Shown one piece after another: positions 11,001 through 19,500 of a stretch of DNA of 46,729 nt. A model generated the notes under the pieces. It worked only from the letters and a program-made list of their open reading frames with translations. It had not been told where the DNA came from and made no database searches. The position numbers and the translations under genes were made by a program. Positions within the stretch are counted from its first letter, which is position 1. Every line of letters starts with the position of its first letter. The stretch comes from a virus (taxonomy: Duplodnaviria > Caudoviricetes): positions 1-46,729 of the IMG/VR virus record IMGVR_UViG_3300017761_003339. One strand, written 5' to 3'.

Positions 11001-14000
11001 GATGTTTACCCCTGGCGTTACTTCATCCAATACACCTTGTAATCTTTGAGCATCACTTATAAGTTTATCAGCGTTCTGTTGACCAGCCGCTCTTGCTTTA
11101 TCTGCAATTTGATTTAACTTCTGTTCGTCTTTAATTGTAGCACCCAAAGAAGTTGCCGCTGTTTGCGCTGTTGTGACTATCTGAGGCCCTTGGGCAACTA
11201 AAGCGGTATCTTCTTGAGTTGCTCGGTCTTTAGCTTGTTTAATGGCGTTATTTATGCTTGCGTCTTGACTCTCGATTTTGATTTTATCGTCAATAACAGC
11301 ATTTACAAAATTACCATCTGTCATAGAAGTCAACAAATCATTGTTATCAACTACGATACTAAAATTATCATTGAATGTAATTTTGGTGTAATCTAAATTT
11401 TTACCTGTTGCAACATCAGTGAGTTTTTTATCGATTCCTTTTATTTGAGCATCGATTAAAATTTTTGTATTCTCATTTGTTTCTTTATTCGCAAGTTCTT
11501 GTAATCTTGCTTTTTTAACGGCCAAACTCACATAGTATTTTTGATGGTCTCTATTGCTGATTAGTTCTTTTGCGGCCGGGAATGTTTTAATTACCTCGCT
11601 GAAAGATTTTTTCATATCTTTCAGTTCGTTGATGTCTATCATTCCTTTTGCATACAAGTATTCTGGTAATACATTTACTCCTTTTTCTCCTAGTACTTGA
11701 ATTGCATCTGTAACCATTTGAGATAAACCAGCATCCTTAAGTTTTGCAAGGACACGATTTTTGCTCTGATCTATTTGCTTTTCACGAATTGATTCCATAA
11801 TCGAACTACCACCACTTAATACTGCTACTGTTGGTAAAATATTAATTGCAGTCGATAATCCATTTTCTGAGACCCAAGAACTGAAATCAGTTGGATTATC
11901 AGTGCTATATTTATAGTTAAGGTAACCTTGTGGAATTTCTTGAAAAACTTCTTGAAGCTCCTCAACTAACGTGGATACTCCAATTTTACGAGCAACTCCT
12001 CCAATACCATAACCTTTGGCAATTTTGCTAAGAAATCCTTTTGTGAAAGGCATCATTTCGAAAGCATACGTAGGAGAAATTAAAATTTGAGTTCTCAAAC
12101 TTTCAGCCGCAGCATTTTCTGCTTCAAAAATAGAACCTGTACGCCTAAAAGCATTTCTATAATTTTCACCGGTTTGATTCCAAGTATCTTGAGCAAAACC
12201 AATTGCTCCGCCAATAAACGGATTGCCCGTCAAAACAGTTGTTGCAATTGGCACAGCCATATTGACACCTTGCATTGATAAGTTTTGTACAACATTTTTT
12301 AATGCCTCTACACTTAACAAACCTTCTGTTTTTAATATCTGATCAAAAGGTCTAATGTATACTTGATTGGAATTTTCTACCAACTCTAAGTGTTTTAACA
12401 AACCTGTTAATGGATTGTCTTCATAACCAACAGCAGCACTTAATGAAGTAATAGCATTTCCAAATTGGTTTGCTGCTGTTCCAACAATTATATCTCCCAC
12501 TCTCCATCCAATGCTGTTGCTATTTTTTACTTCTTCTACGGAATAATCGCCATACGCTTTTTGATATGCATCACGATATTTTCTATACGCTGCTGTAGTC
12601 AATTGATTTTTTTCATTGACATCTTTTGCAATACCATATTTTTTTTGAATGGCTTCTAAATCTTTTTTAGATTCATTTTCAACTTGTATAAAAAATTCAG
12701 ATGCTTTTTTCTCAGCCTCTTTTTTTAATAAATCTGCCGTTTCCTCTAAAATAGTATTTTCTTGACTAACTAAATCAACATAACTCTTATATGCTTGATC
12801 ACGTTGATCTTGACTCAAATTCGGATTAGATTGTACAATGCTCAAATAAGAATCATAAGCACTTTTTGTTTTATTTTCTGATGTGCTCTTAAGCGAAGAA
12901 AATGCTTGTTCAAATTGACCTGCAAGTTCTCGGTCAAAATTATTCTTAACTTTTTCTGTATTGGCTACTAAAGACTTAATATCATTTTCCGCATTTATAT
13001 CTGCCCTTTTTACATCTTCTGCAAATACATCAACTTCGCCAAGTTTCTTTTCAACAATAGATTGAATCAAAGTTTCTTCGGCTTTTGCCTTTACCATACG
13101 GAGCAAACGAGGTTTAACCATTTGAGCAACCTCTTCTTTGCTCATATTCAATTTTTTAGCTGTCTCATCGTTTATCGGACCAAAAGTAGAATTTAAATAT
13201 TCATCTACTTTGTTCTCAACATAAACAGGATTGATTTTTGGATTGTTAGCATCGTCTAACATTAAAACACCAAAGTCATAAGACAACTTACGATTGGGAT
13301 TAAGTTCTCCGTCTATTGTAGCTGGGTTGTCAAAAAAGTTGGCTGGCATATTAGAACCAAAACTTTTTAAAAGACGATTGGCATCTGGTAAAAGCGTTTG
13401 GTCAAGTCTTTTTTCAGATTCTCCCATTCCTTGCTCTACCATCATTTCAGTTTCTGTAGAACTAGCAATGTTTAAATCATCATAATTCTGCTTGCCTCTT
13501 ACATAATTTTCAATCGCATCTTGCTGTTCTGAAATTGGTTTTGGCTTATCGGCCTCAGCTAATCTTTCAGTTATACTTTGTTGTTTGAAAGGTGCTCCTT
13601 CTTGTTTTGGCGCAAGCGCAGGAAATTCTTTCTTTTGTATTTTGGGTTTTACTACTAGGCCAGCATCATTAACATCAACATCATATTTTTTATTAAGTTG
13701 CTTGACCATAGTATTCAAATCCTCATCGACATCAGGATTCTTTTGGAGTTGCTTATATACCTCTACAAAGTTTTTAACTTTTTGCGCAACTACAGGAATA
13801 TTGATTGCAGGTTGCTCTGTTAAGGCAAATATCTCACGATAAAGATTTTGATACTGTGTTGATAATGGACCACCGAAAGGTTCTCTTCCAGTTGATTTGA
13901 TGAGTGATGATGGCTTTGGGCCTTCAGTTGAAGGAACTGCTGCACTTGGTGCATTACCCAAAGTTATTGCTACTTGACCATCGCTAGGTGGTGCTACATC

Positions 14001-14291
14001 TCCCAAGTTTTCTGACAAACTCGGCTTGGCTTCAGCCACCAATTCTTCAGTCTGTCCAACCGAAGGAAATTGAAAAGAAGAACTTTCTTCTGCGAGGTCT
14101 TGTATGATTGGCTGGTCTTTTTTTTTTAAGTATTCTGAGGCCGATTTGACACCATATAAATTCTCAAGTGTTGAATCAGCATTTGCATTATTACTAAGAT
14201 ATCCTTCGAAATCTTCTTTCGCTCCAAAATACTGAACGAAATCTGGTTTCTTGCTTAACTCATCATACAAATCTTCGAAAGTTTCTGCCAT
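5010..14291 (-). CDS. Giant polyvalent virion cargo/ejection protein (zincin-like peptidase, class I SAM methyltransferase, kinase-like domain)
   Basis: 3093 aa. HEVSH (10827-10841) with downstream EEF; VLDYGAGLG (about 10146-10166) ... YDGVVLLNVVN; GEESRVW..YK...DLHNGN (8934-8951)...FLDP. Confidence 0.8.
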   Translation of the reverse strand: MAETFEDLYDELSKKPDFVQYFGAKEDFEGYLSNNANADSTLENLYGVKSASEYLKKKDQPIIQDLAEESSSFQFPSVGQTEELVAEAKPSLSENLGDVAPPSDGQVAITLGNAPSAAVPSTEGPKPSSLIKSTGREPFGGPLSTQYQNLYREIFALTEQPAINIPVVAQKVKNFVEVYKQLQKNPDVDEDLNTMVKQLNKKYDVDVNDAGLVVKPKIQKKEFPALAPKQEGAPFKQQSITERLAEADKPKPISEQQDAIENYVRGKQNYDDLNIASSTETEMMVEQGMGESEKRLDQTLLPDANRLLKSFGSNMPANFFDNPATIDGELNPNRKLSYDFGVLMLDDANNPKINPVYVENKVDEYLNSTFGPINDETAKKLNMSKEEVAQMVKPRLLRMVKAKAEETLIQSIVEKKLGEVDVFAEDVKRADINAENDIKSLVANTEKVKNNFDRELAGQFEQAFSSLKSTSENKTKSAYDSYLSIVQSNPNLSQDQRDQAYKSYVDLVSQENTILEETADLLKKEAEKKASEFFIQVENESKKDLEAIQKKYGIAKDVNEKNQLTTAAYRKYRDAYQKAYGDYSVEEVKNSNSIGWRVGDIIVGTAANQFGNAITSLSAAVGYEDNPLTGLLKHLELVENSNQVYIRPFDQILKTEGLLSVEALKNVVQNLSMQGVNMAVPIATTVLTGNPFIGGAIGFAQDTWNQTGENYRNAFRRTGSIFEAENAAAESLRTQILISPTYAFEMMPFTKGFLSKIAKGYGIGGVARKIGVSTLVEELQEVFQEIPQGYLNYKYSTDNPTDFSSWVSENGLSTAINILPTVAVLSGGSSIMESIREKQIDQSKNRVLAKLKDAGLSQMVTDAIQVLGEKGVNVLPEYLYAKGMIDINELKDMKKSFSEVIKTFPAAKELISNRDHQKYYVSLAVKKARLQELANKETNENTKILIDAQIKGIDKKLTDVATGKNLDYTKITFNDNFSIVVDNNDLLTSMTDGNFVNAVIDDKIKIESQDASINNAIKQAKDRATQEDTALVAQGPQIVTTAQTAATSLGATIKDEQKLNQIADKARAAGQQNADKLISDAQRLQGVLDEVTPGVNIIMMNQEEFSQSMKQMGTAENKAGNISLKYDEKTGKFQSEIQINMDAATNTTIGHEVSHLLLLNTLGSDSKLFEQMKNDLLAVTRKTLGEKGLASINALVSGYRNSQKGEEFTVELGSTLAEEGKTLKLSSIEKIARVFSDFIARNTNGKIQLFESIRTREGFIDYMNALSETLATGKVSEKLKLKTNAVQEQSTNEVPVQSEASVGEEVVEGKPQTESQVTPQESQEDVASPAQVDEFLNKSQKIRSEAASVTTQRPNTVGSYVKAANLLKDMTGDVLDYGAGLGLGTDAIANTLGRNIDSYEPNPQRWQGKQKPTFTGSDQINKKYDGVVLLNVVNAVPKDIRDAIVLDVFDKLNDGGKAVISSRKWKNDIEPTKGGKKGPESKSYEISNGAYQKGFDGNELVEYLQDILGPKALVTKDNSFGPSGAVVSKISDSDFINKSQLKKPILVDENGNARDIHRLGWTEEESIPLGGNKETFGRVGEAAINQLAKLFKDNSWDFFGESNDFDTEGKDEDLLREFAKENNVYLNKLENIFPPMYEIAAGEESRVWLSKTSKYTYKATLPLNGINYLSLMRRIMTYNTIFPETAYEILGFSDDVRQGKETPIGLARLLNSEPTLRIILKQRMFHGIVGIEQTNLADQEKLRDALQERITWPAKISKKRILKNDMEVTAENFEGGILIDDLHNGNVFFTPKGQIIFLDPFITLLDAENPNSYTQTTLKPIFEGFINKGQLNYSNIALDFSQAMQQSRNNKVSSFTALINKGYTPKRIKEVLGTSLFDENAFKQAQANIAVETMNKVNTAFSDRQVEITRQISIDPSAIDSIYENLIAQDFSPLEIFKAVTDMDFLSNEDLIDIFGADYRKTVQNALDRDKEYPSDFLNELEEDAKNLKVEQKAADVANVLRETGLGLVDSAVTMDMFLQYLKEQGFDQIAIALTQGVKRFGQDKDLIDKGLDWADQVRSGKIGDNLYTPESIVYAFQVSSELFSQAGRILQMARFFNQIGTQKAIEKTLENNGVILTPKQKETLTALVNDYKNSQKLNSNFLSALETDWSDQAFDNYWKSEKAVGDATIRVAQFLEARKPIFWNERITSGGSRALLNVSTAVLSYVANIENNIWSTNFAARSIQKLRDQFGKGIKGNTLSFDNWKMARNLSKARYSYIESNNFKYGVLNTNKGLDRYYDNLGQVNFFKDPQWAFKFMDVWVNKSTGKSLSDMTMEEQADALDLTLTKLKNGTIELRDGKEYTLARSLAWSFGLGPVSAIASGNPSMLLASFGPAAAEFTGRVMAYGGDISFGQMAAQRSMIDYFQNIQGTRFQDGIFDGMFKKADGKLDEDVIRAMSAILYNNGEMYAAFEREGLKRTLLGDNIISGAISAGRGAIRKKVRDLYSTNRAQTPGTGLGSEIKRQFTVGGMSKNLLQVGDVALWTLMPFTKVPVNFLGTAIAKTVPAIASPKYLISEGIYQYKFKQFNKNYKIGKKLNNEKQRKDYELAKIDLFAAKRQATYDAAQMITSWAIYGFAMSAVKAGAILIGGDMEKDKSLKNIQLRGGLYNATLHAEYMKANGMTLLNNVGKTFGQDWGKQMGTDNFITRRGGFAKNGDKILNTNNAGFLGYAMNLYGSVYEQGRAKRENGMGQLLDDQKNGLGFLIQSTLSNGIENLPMFQGLARVGALTNDLKNPDTSAKAWENFASGTLSTSMSVFFPSFFSFMSKGNAEIVQSASEISKFREDNSWPAAWGPVVIKTVQRLNRNISFNEDTRNEFYKAAIGPFGEDLQYKVTLADPGTAGAYFQAVFDPFALRKYSLSPKDADKEKLTYVDAMKVNSGLMDLAMMYQQMTGRDYEWKWNGKTSGMYQVISNPMKNKFRWEMDITTGADDKPNSPNYFEYELPNDLYREELKIRGEVMRTSLRKYGEDIARLKPVLASYIEQDNDEKAQEEIVNLFNRFEQDQLEAIKTHLQYYRNDSERKYLRDMQKRGLITEQMQQKLIAVGLANSQGLIP
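10313..10441 (-). CDS. Nested small basic protein MPFKSKAQMKFLYSQKPALAKKWSKENPKQNLKSLPKKVKKT
   Basis: 42-aa ORF in an alternative frame inside the giant gene, with an A-rich upstream region (AAAATTAAAACTAAAAACAA-ATG). Resembles the MPFKS..Q small phage proteins (from recall, not searched). Confidence 0.65.
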   Translation of the reverse strand: MPFKSKAQMKFLYSQKPALAKKWSKENPKQNLKSLPKKVKKT

Positions 14292-14295
14292 GTTA

Positions 14296-15825
14296 TTATT
14301 TCTTTTTTAAATATGGTTTTGTAAAATTACTTAATTCTTCACTAGTTGTAAAGGTTTTTCCACCCATTGCCGAAGTTGCTTTTGATGCAGCCGATTTCAT
14401 ATCATTTAAGTATGTTCCTAATCTTGCTACATCATACTTGCTTCCTGCGATGTTCACATATGAATAGTTTTCCAAATCGGTATAATATATCTTACCGCTT
14501 TCTGAAAATTCAACAAAAGGAGTAATTCCCTTAATTTGATTTAATTCATCATCGTGAGCAATCACCTTAACTCCATCTACAATTTTATATGGATATGTTC
14601 TTACTGTACTTATTGTAACTTTTCTTCTACCAGTCAAACTATTGCCTGCGCTATCGAAAAATTTATTACTTGGATTAATTTCAACGCCCTCTACTTGAAT
14701 ATCCTCTTTTGCTAAACTTGTGGCTTTTAAATTGACTGCTTTTGCTAATTTTTTATTACCACGCATTTCTGTTGCGCCAAAATCAACTATTTCAGGTACT
14801 TCTGTAGGAGCTAAAGGATCAGAAAGTGTTCCAGTACTGACGCTGACATTAACACCTTTTTTCTCTTGAATTAACTTGCCTTTGAGTTCTGGATTAGAAT
14901 ATTGCGAAGCAGCCAGAATCAAAATATCTTTAACTTTTTTCAAGTCTTCTTCAGTATATTGACCTTCTTCGTCTGTTATAATATTCAATTTATTTCTAGT
15001 AGCAACTTGCTCAATAACATCTGGATTCAAACTCATATAATCCTCAACCTCTTCCTCTATTGATCTTGGCGGTCTACCTAAACTAGCATATGCTGCTTTG
15101 TTATTGTTATATGCATTTTGAGCATCTGCTCTGTACAAAGGTCTAATATACATTGTACGCAATTCTTTTGCACCATATGCATCTGGAATAGAAACAACAT
15201 CTTGACCCAATATTGTTTCGTTCATAGACTTAACTCGTGCTGCCAATTCTTTCTGATAAGGAATTGCACTTACAGCAGTTGTCATAGGTATACCCTCTGG
15301 AGTCAACTGAAAGAAGTTATCGAATGATCCAGGATTTTCTTGAGCATATCTTTGCAAGTCTTCAAGACTTGTTGCGTCTTTGTAAACGGGCATAAAGGCA
15401 TCTAGTTTGCCTCCATAAAATTTTGTTTTATCGTTTAAGAATTTTGCTTGCTCTTCGAATTGAAATAGATGTTTAGAGTATGTATTTAACTCATCCATCT
15501 TAGAATCTATATTCAACATCAATTTAGAGAACTCATTAGAATCGTGTGGATTATCAGAACTTTTAATTCTCTCCATTTCAGTAATGGTATTTTCTAAAAG
15601 TTTTTGTGCCTCTGGTAAAACCAATCTATTTAAATTTGCTTTTTGACGAAACAAGTTATATAATTTTTCTTCTTGTTTTGCCTCTTTATCTTTAGCAGCA
15701 ATACCTCTTTTTAAATTACGGTTTTTATCCGCTTCGCTCATTTTCAAAGCGATACTACCAAGTTGACTACTTAGATTTGTTTTACCTTGTAAGCCAATTG
15801 CGTCACCTAAAGATGCTTCTGCCAT
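14296..15825 (-). CDS. Virion cargo/ejection protein
   Basis: 509 aa, helical N-terminus, located between the pilot-like gene and the giant cargo gene. Confidence 0.6.
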   Translation of the reverse strand: MAEASLGDAIGLQGKTNLSSQLGSIALKMSEADKNRNLKRGIAAKDKEAKQEEKLYNLFRQKANLNRLVLPEAQKLLENTITEMERIKSSDNPHDSNEFSKLMLNIDSKMDELNTYSKHLFQFEEQAKFLNDKTKFYGGKLDAFMPVYKDATSLEDLQRYAQENPGSFDNFFQLTPEGIPMTTAVSAIPYQKELAARVKSMNETILGQDVVSIPDAYGAKELRTMYIRPLYRADAQNAYNNNKAAYASLGRPPRSIEEEVEDYMSLNPDVIEQVATRNKLNIITDEEGQYTEEDLKKVKDILILAASQYSNPELKGKLIQEKKGVNVSVSTGTLSDPLAPTEVPEIVDFGATEMRGNKKLAKAVNLKATSLAKEDIQVEGVEINPSNKFFDSAGNSLTGRRKVTISTVRTYPYKIVDGVKVIAHDDELNQIKGITPFVEFSESGKIYYTDLENYSYVNIAGSKYDVARLGTYLNDMKSAASKATSAMGGKTFTTSEELSNFTKPYLKKK

Positions 15826-16553
15826 TATTTTCTAATATAAGACTTTGGAGTTTGAAACCTACGAAGTCCACTCAAACCACCCATAGAATAAGGCAGACTA
15901 GGTTTCATTGTCATACTTCCCATAGAAGGTACTTGAGGTTCACCTTGATTATCATTTCCTCCCATTCCATAAATATCTCTATACATTTGTCTATCTGCTT
16001 CAGCGCTATCCATAGCCATACCTTGCTCTGCAATACCCAAAGCACCAGAAAAAACACTACCAATTCTGTCTTGTTTTGCTTGACCATATTCTCTCAATAA
16101 TGTATCACGCTTACCTATATCTCTTTGAACTTGACTTTGTTGCAATGAACTAATTGCTCTATTTTCAGAAGCCATTCCAGCCAAACCTTGTCTTCTAATT
16201 GCATCATTTTGACCAGCAAGACCTAATGCAAAATTTGCATTGTTTACGCTAGCCATTCTAGATAAAGCACTTGACATTTGACCGCCTGACATATCTGTTA
16301 TTGCTCTTTGATTTGAAAGTTGAGAAGAGGCAAAATTTTGCTCTGCTAAATTTCTAGAATCAATTCCCATTCCTGTCCTATACTGTTTTTCGTATAATCT
16401 ACGACTCTGAAGCAAAGGATCTGCAGCATCCATAAATTTTGCCTCTCGTGTTTGATTAACCTCCTTAATTTTTTGAGAAGCCTTGATAGCGCCATAAATA
16501 TTGTATCCCATCTCTCCGAGAGATAATCCAACTGATAAAGGATCTAGTATCAT
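15825..16553 (-). CDS. Virion cargo/DNA pilot-like protein
   Basis: Hydrophobic Gly-rich N-terminus (MILDPLSVGLSLG), Q/A/S/M-rich helical body. Confidence 0.6.
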   Translation of the reverse strand: MILDPLSVGLSLGEMGYNIYGAIKASQKIKEVNQTREAKFMDAADPLLQSRRLYEKQYRTGMGIDSRNLAEQNFASSQLSNQRAITDMSGGQMSSALSRMASVNNANFALGLAGQNDAIRRQGLAGMASENRAISSLQQSQVQRDIGKRDTLLREYGQAKQDRIGSVFSGALGIAEQGMAMDSAEADRQMYRDIYGMGGNDNQGEPQVPSMGSMTMKPSLPYSMGGLSGLRRFQTPKSYIRK

Positions 16554-16558
16554 AATTA

Positions 16559-16566
16559 CAAAGTTA
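16559..16566 (-). promoter_or_regulatory. Bacteroidota -7 element (TAACTTTG)
   Basis: TAnnTTTG 5 nt before the ATG at 16553. Confidence 0.6.
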
Positions 16567-16574
16567 GTTTATTA

Positions 16575-19500
16575 TTACTGATTATACAAACGAGCCATAG
16601 CACGGAACTTGACTATAAAATTAATCAACTTCTGTTTGCCACTGCTCGCCTCAAAGGTCATTTTCACTTTCAACCATTTTCCCCATAGGCGAGAAGTATC
16701 ACCACTGTTGATTCCGCTTGAAGTTGAATCATTTTTGATGGGACTGTACCAAAGGTCCTCTCTTTTTTCAAACTCAGTTTCATCTAAATATGATACATGG
16801 TTTGTGGTTGTTAAATATACATCATAAGGTTGTGTATCCGTTACAAATTGTAACGCTTCGAAATTCTTGCTAATGTTAGGCTCATAGTTCATAACAGCAG
16901 TAAGACTAGGTATTGTATATACTGTGTAGTAAGTTGAATCTGAGCCCGAATCGTGAAGATACATATCTTTTTGAGATGCTGGGTTAGTGCTGAAAAATCC
17001 ATTGTTATAAGGTAAATAAATATTGGGTGTATAACTGTGAAAACCAACAAATCCATTTTTTATCTCGTCAAAAACCAAAGTAAATTGTTTATTCGATACG
17101 CCATCATTATACTTAATTGTAAAGATTGCCTCTGAATATTTATCATTCCAAACACCCAAAACACCCTTTGCTGTCAGTGGGAAAAACTCATTTGAAATAT
17201 ATTTCCCATTGTTCAACAAATAAGTCATAACTCCTTTGTCACTAATGACTCTTGTGCCATCTTGACCAAAACGTACTATCTTCTGCAATCTGTCATTATA
17301 CCAATAAACAGTTTGTTTTCCGCTTGGATTTTTTCCTACAACTATACTTGTTTTTTTGGATGTACCAATATTACTAATTTCTTCTCCACTAGAGGATAAA
17401 ATTGAACCAGAACCGATAACAATATCCGATCCCGTTTGTCCATTTAATAAACTAGGTTCTCTAAAATATTGTCTTTGAAAACTAAATTCTTGCCACGTAT
17501 AAAAATTATTATTAATAATGTCATGATGTGATATTTCTCCTTGGGCCAAGTCCAAATCAGTAAAACTTGTCGGTTGGAAAATCATAAAATTATTTTTTGC
17601 ACTCCCAATAGTTTTCTTACTGCTCCAAACAATTCTAGATGGGAATCTATAATCTGTTAAATTGTTATCGTAAAAGTAGCCCAATTCCCCAAATAAAATA
17701 TTACTTGGCGTATAACCATCATCATAATTGTTTTGATTAGATGCCTCAAAAGGAACTTCTAACCAATAGATTGCTTTACTTCCAATTGTTCCTTGGCCAT
17801 ATGTTCCACCAGCTTTAGGATTAACATATTGCGGAAAAGCATAACCAGCGCCTTCTTCATCGTTACCATCCCATTCCACATAATTGAACATTTGAGTATT
17901 CAATACATTCTGAGAATAAAAACTCCATCCTGATGATTGACCTGTTGGAGTTGTGGTATTGTTATAACGAGTAGACTGAATTTTCAAATGGGATTTCTGA
18001 TTGAATACATCACCACCAAAAACAGATATGTTATTCTTTACTCCGTTATCACCATCTAATAATATATAATAATGACCGGTTGAGTAGTATGTTGTATTTT
18101 CAGTATTTGCTGGGTATTTTTTATTGGCTGATAAATCTCTGAATATTTGTGTGTAGTAATGACCATATTCATTTGCATTCAAAGGCGCAGTCAAAGCAGG
18201 AATTACACTTGATAACTTAAATCCATAACACGCACCAAATACTTCACCACTACCTGCATCTGTATTCAGAGCCCAATTCTCTCCAGGAACTACATTCGAA
18301 TATTCACCTGCCGCATTAAGTTCTACACCATTAACAGTATTGAATGTCGTAAAACTTAATGCAACCGAGTTTCTATCATAAAAGTATCCTGGAAAATCTT
18401 GATATTTACTCAAGACACTTGCTCTACTTGTTCCACTTGCTTGCACCATATTTGTGCGATCGAATGGATATGAAATTTTTAATTGGTCTCCTGTTTGATA
18501 CACATATTCTCTTCCAAAATAAAAATCGGGAGAGTAAAAAAAAGTTTTTTGTGTACCACTACCACCACCAACAACAATAGCATTATTAAATACGCCCAAA
18601 GGAGTAAACCAAGTACCCCCTGTTGTTTTTGCTCCTGTGGTGCTTCTAAACAACAAACCCGTACCTAACACTTCTGGAATACGTTCTGCTCTTACAATTT
18701 TATAAGAACTGATTAAATCAGAAATTCTAGTTCCGTTTGTTTTTACTGCATCGCTGTAATCTAAGTTGATATTATGAAACCTAGGATAATAAGCCTTGGC
18801 ATATGCGGCATCGCTTGTAGTCAAATTAATGTCCAAAGTTGCTATTACAACTGAACCAGTTCCACTTGTACCCAAAGAAACAACTGTCGGAGAAGTAAAA
18901 TACGTATCGCTCAATTGAAAAGTATTTGTTGTAACAGAAGTCGCATGATAAACTTTGCCAGATGTAACTCCACTCAGTCCTGTCAATACAGTTACAACAA
19001 CCTCGTCTCCTTCTTGAAACTTATGGTTGGTCAATGTAATCGTGTTTGTACCTACGTTAACCGAGGTAATTGTACCACCCAACATTGTTCTTCTGCCCCC
19101 TACTACATTTGTAGTACTTGAATCAAATCGAATATCATCTAAATAGTATGGGGCACTCCACTTGTTTGTTTTTTTCCACTTGACTTGAATACCAAAACGA
19201 TATGTATCATTAAACATATAACCTATGTAATTCATTACATTCATAGGATCTTGGTACTCTCCGTATTTATAAGCAGGTTCTCCTTTAGTTCCCAAAGAAC
19301 CTATTCCTCCTAATCCGCTTATATATTTTTGGTGTACTGAATGATTAATGGATGAGGCCCAATCTCTAAGATCAAATTCTTTTTCTTGAGAAATATTACT
19401 AAGAACCAATCTGTTATCGAATAGTCTTAAGTTTTTTGCAGAAGCATAGGATTCTTTTAATGCTAATAACTCTCCTACACTAAGAACTATATTATCATCC

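Noticed and set aside
5010-14291. Virion RNA polymerase call based on size and position
   Set aside because: No DFDxD/DxDGD catalytic motif is visible; NDFDTE lies in the kinase-module linker
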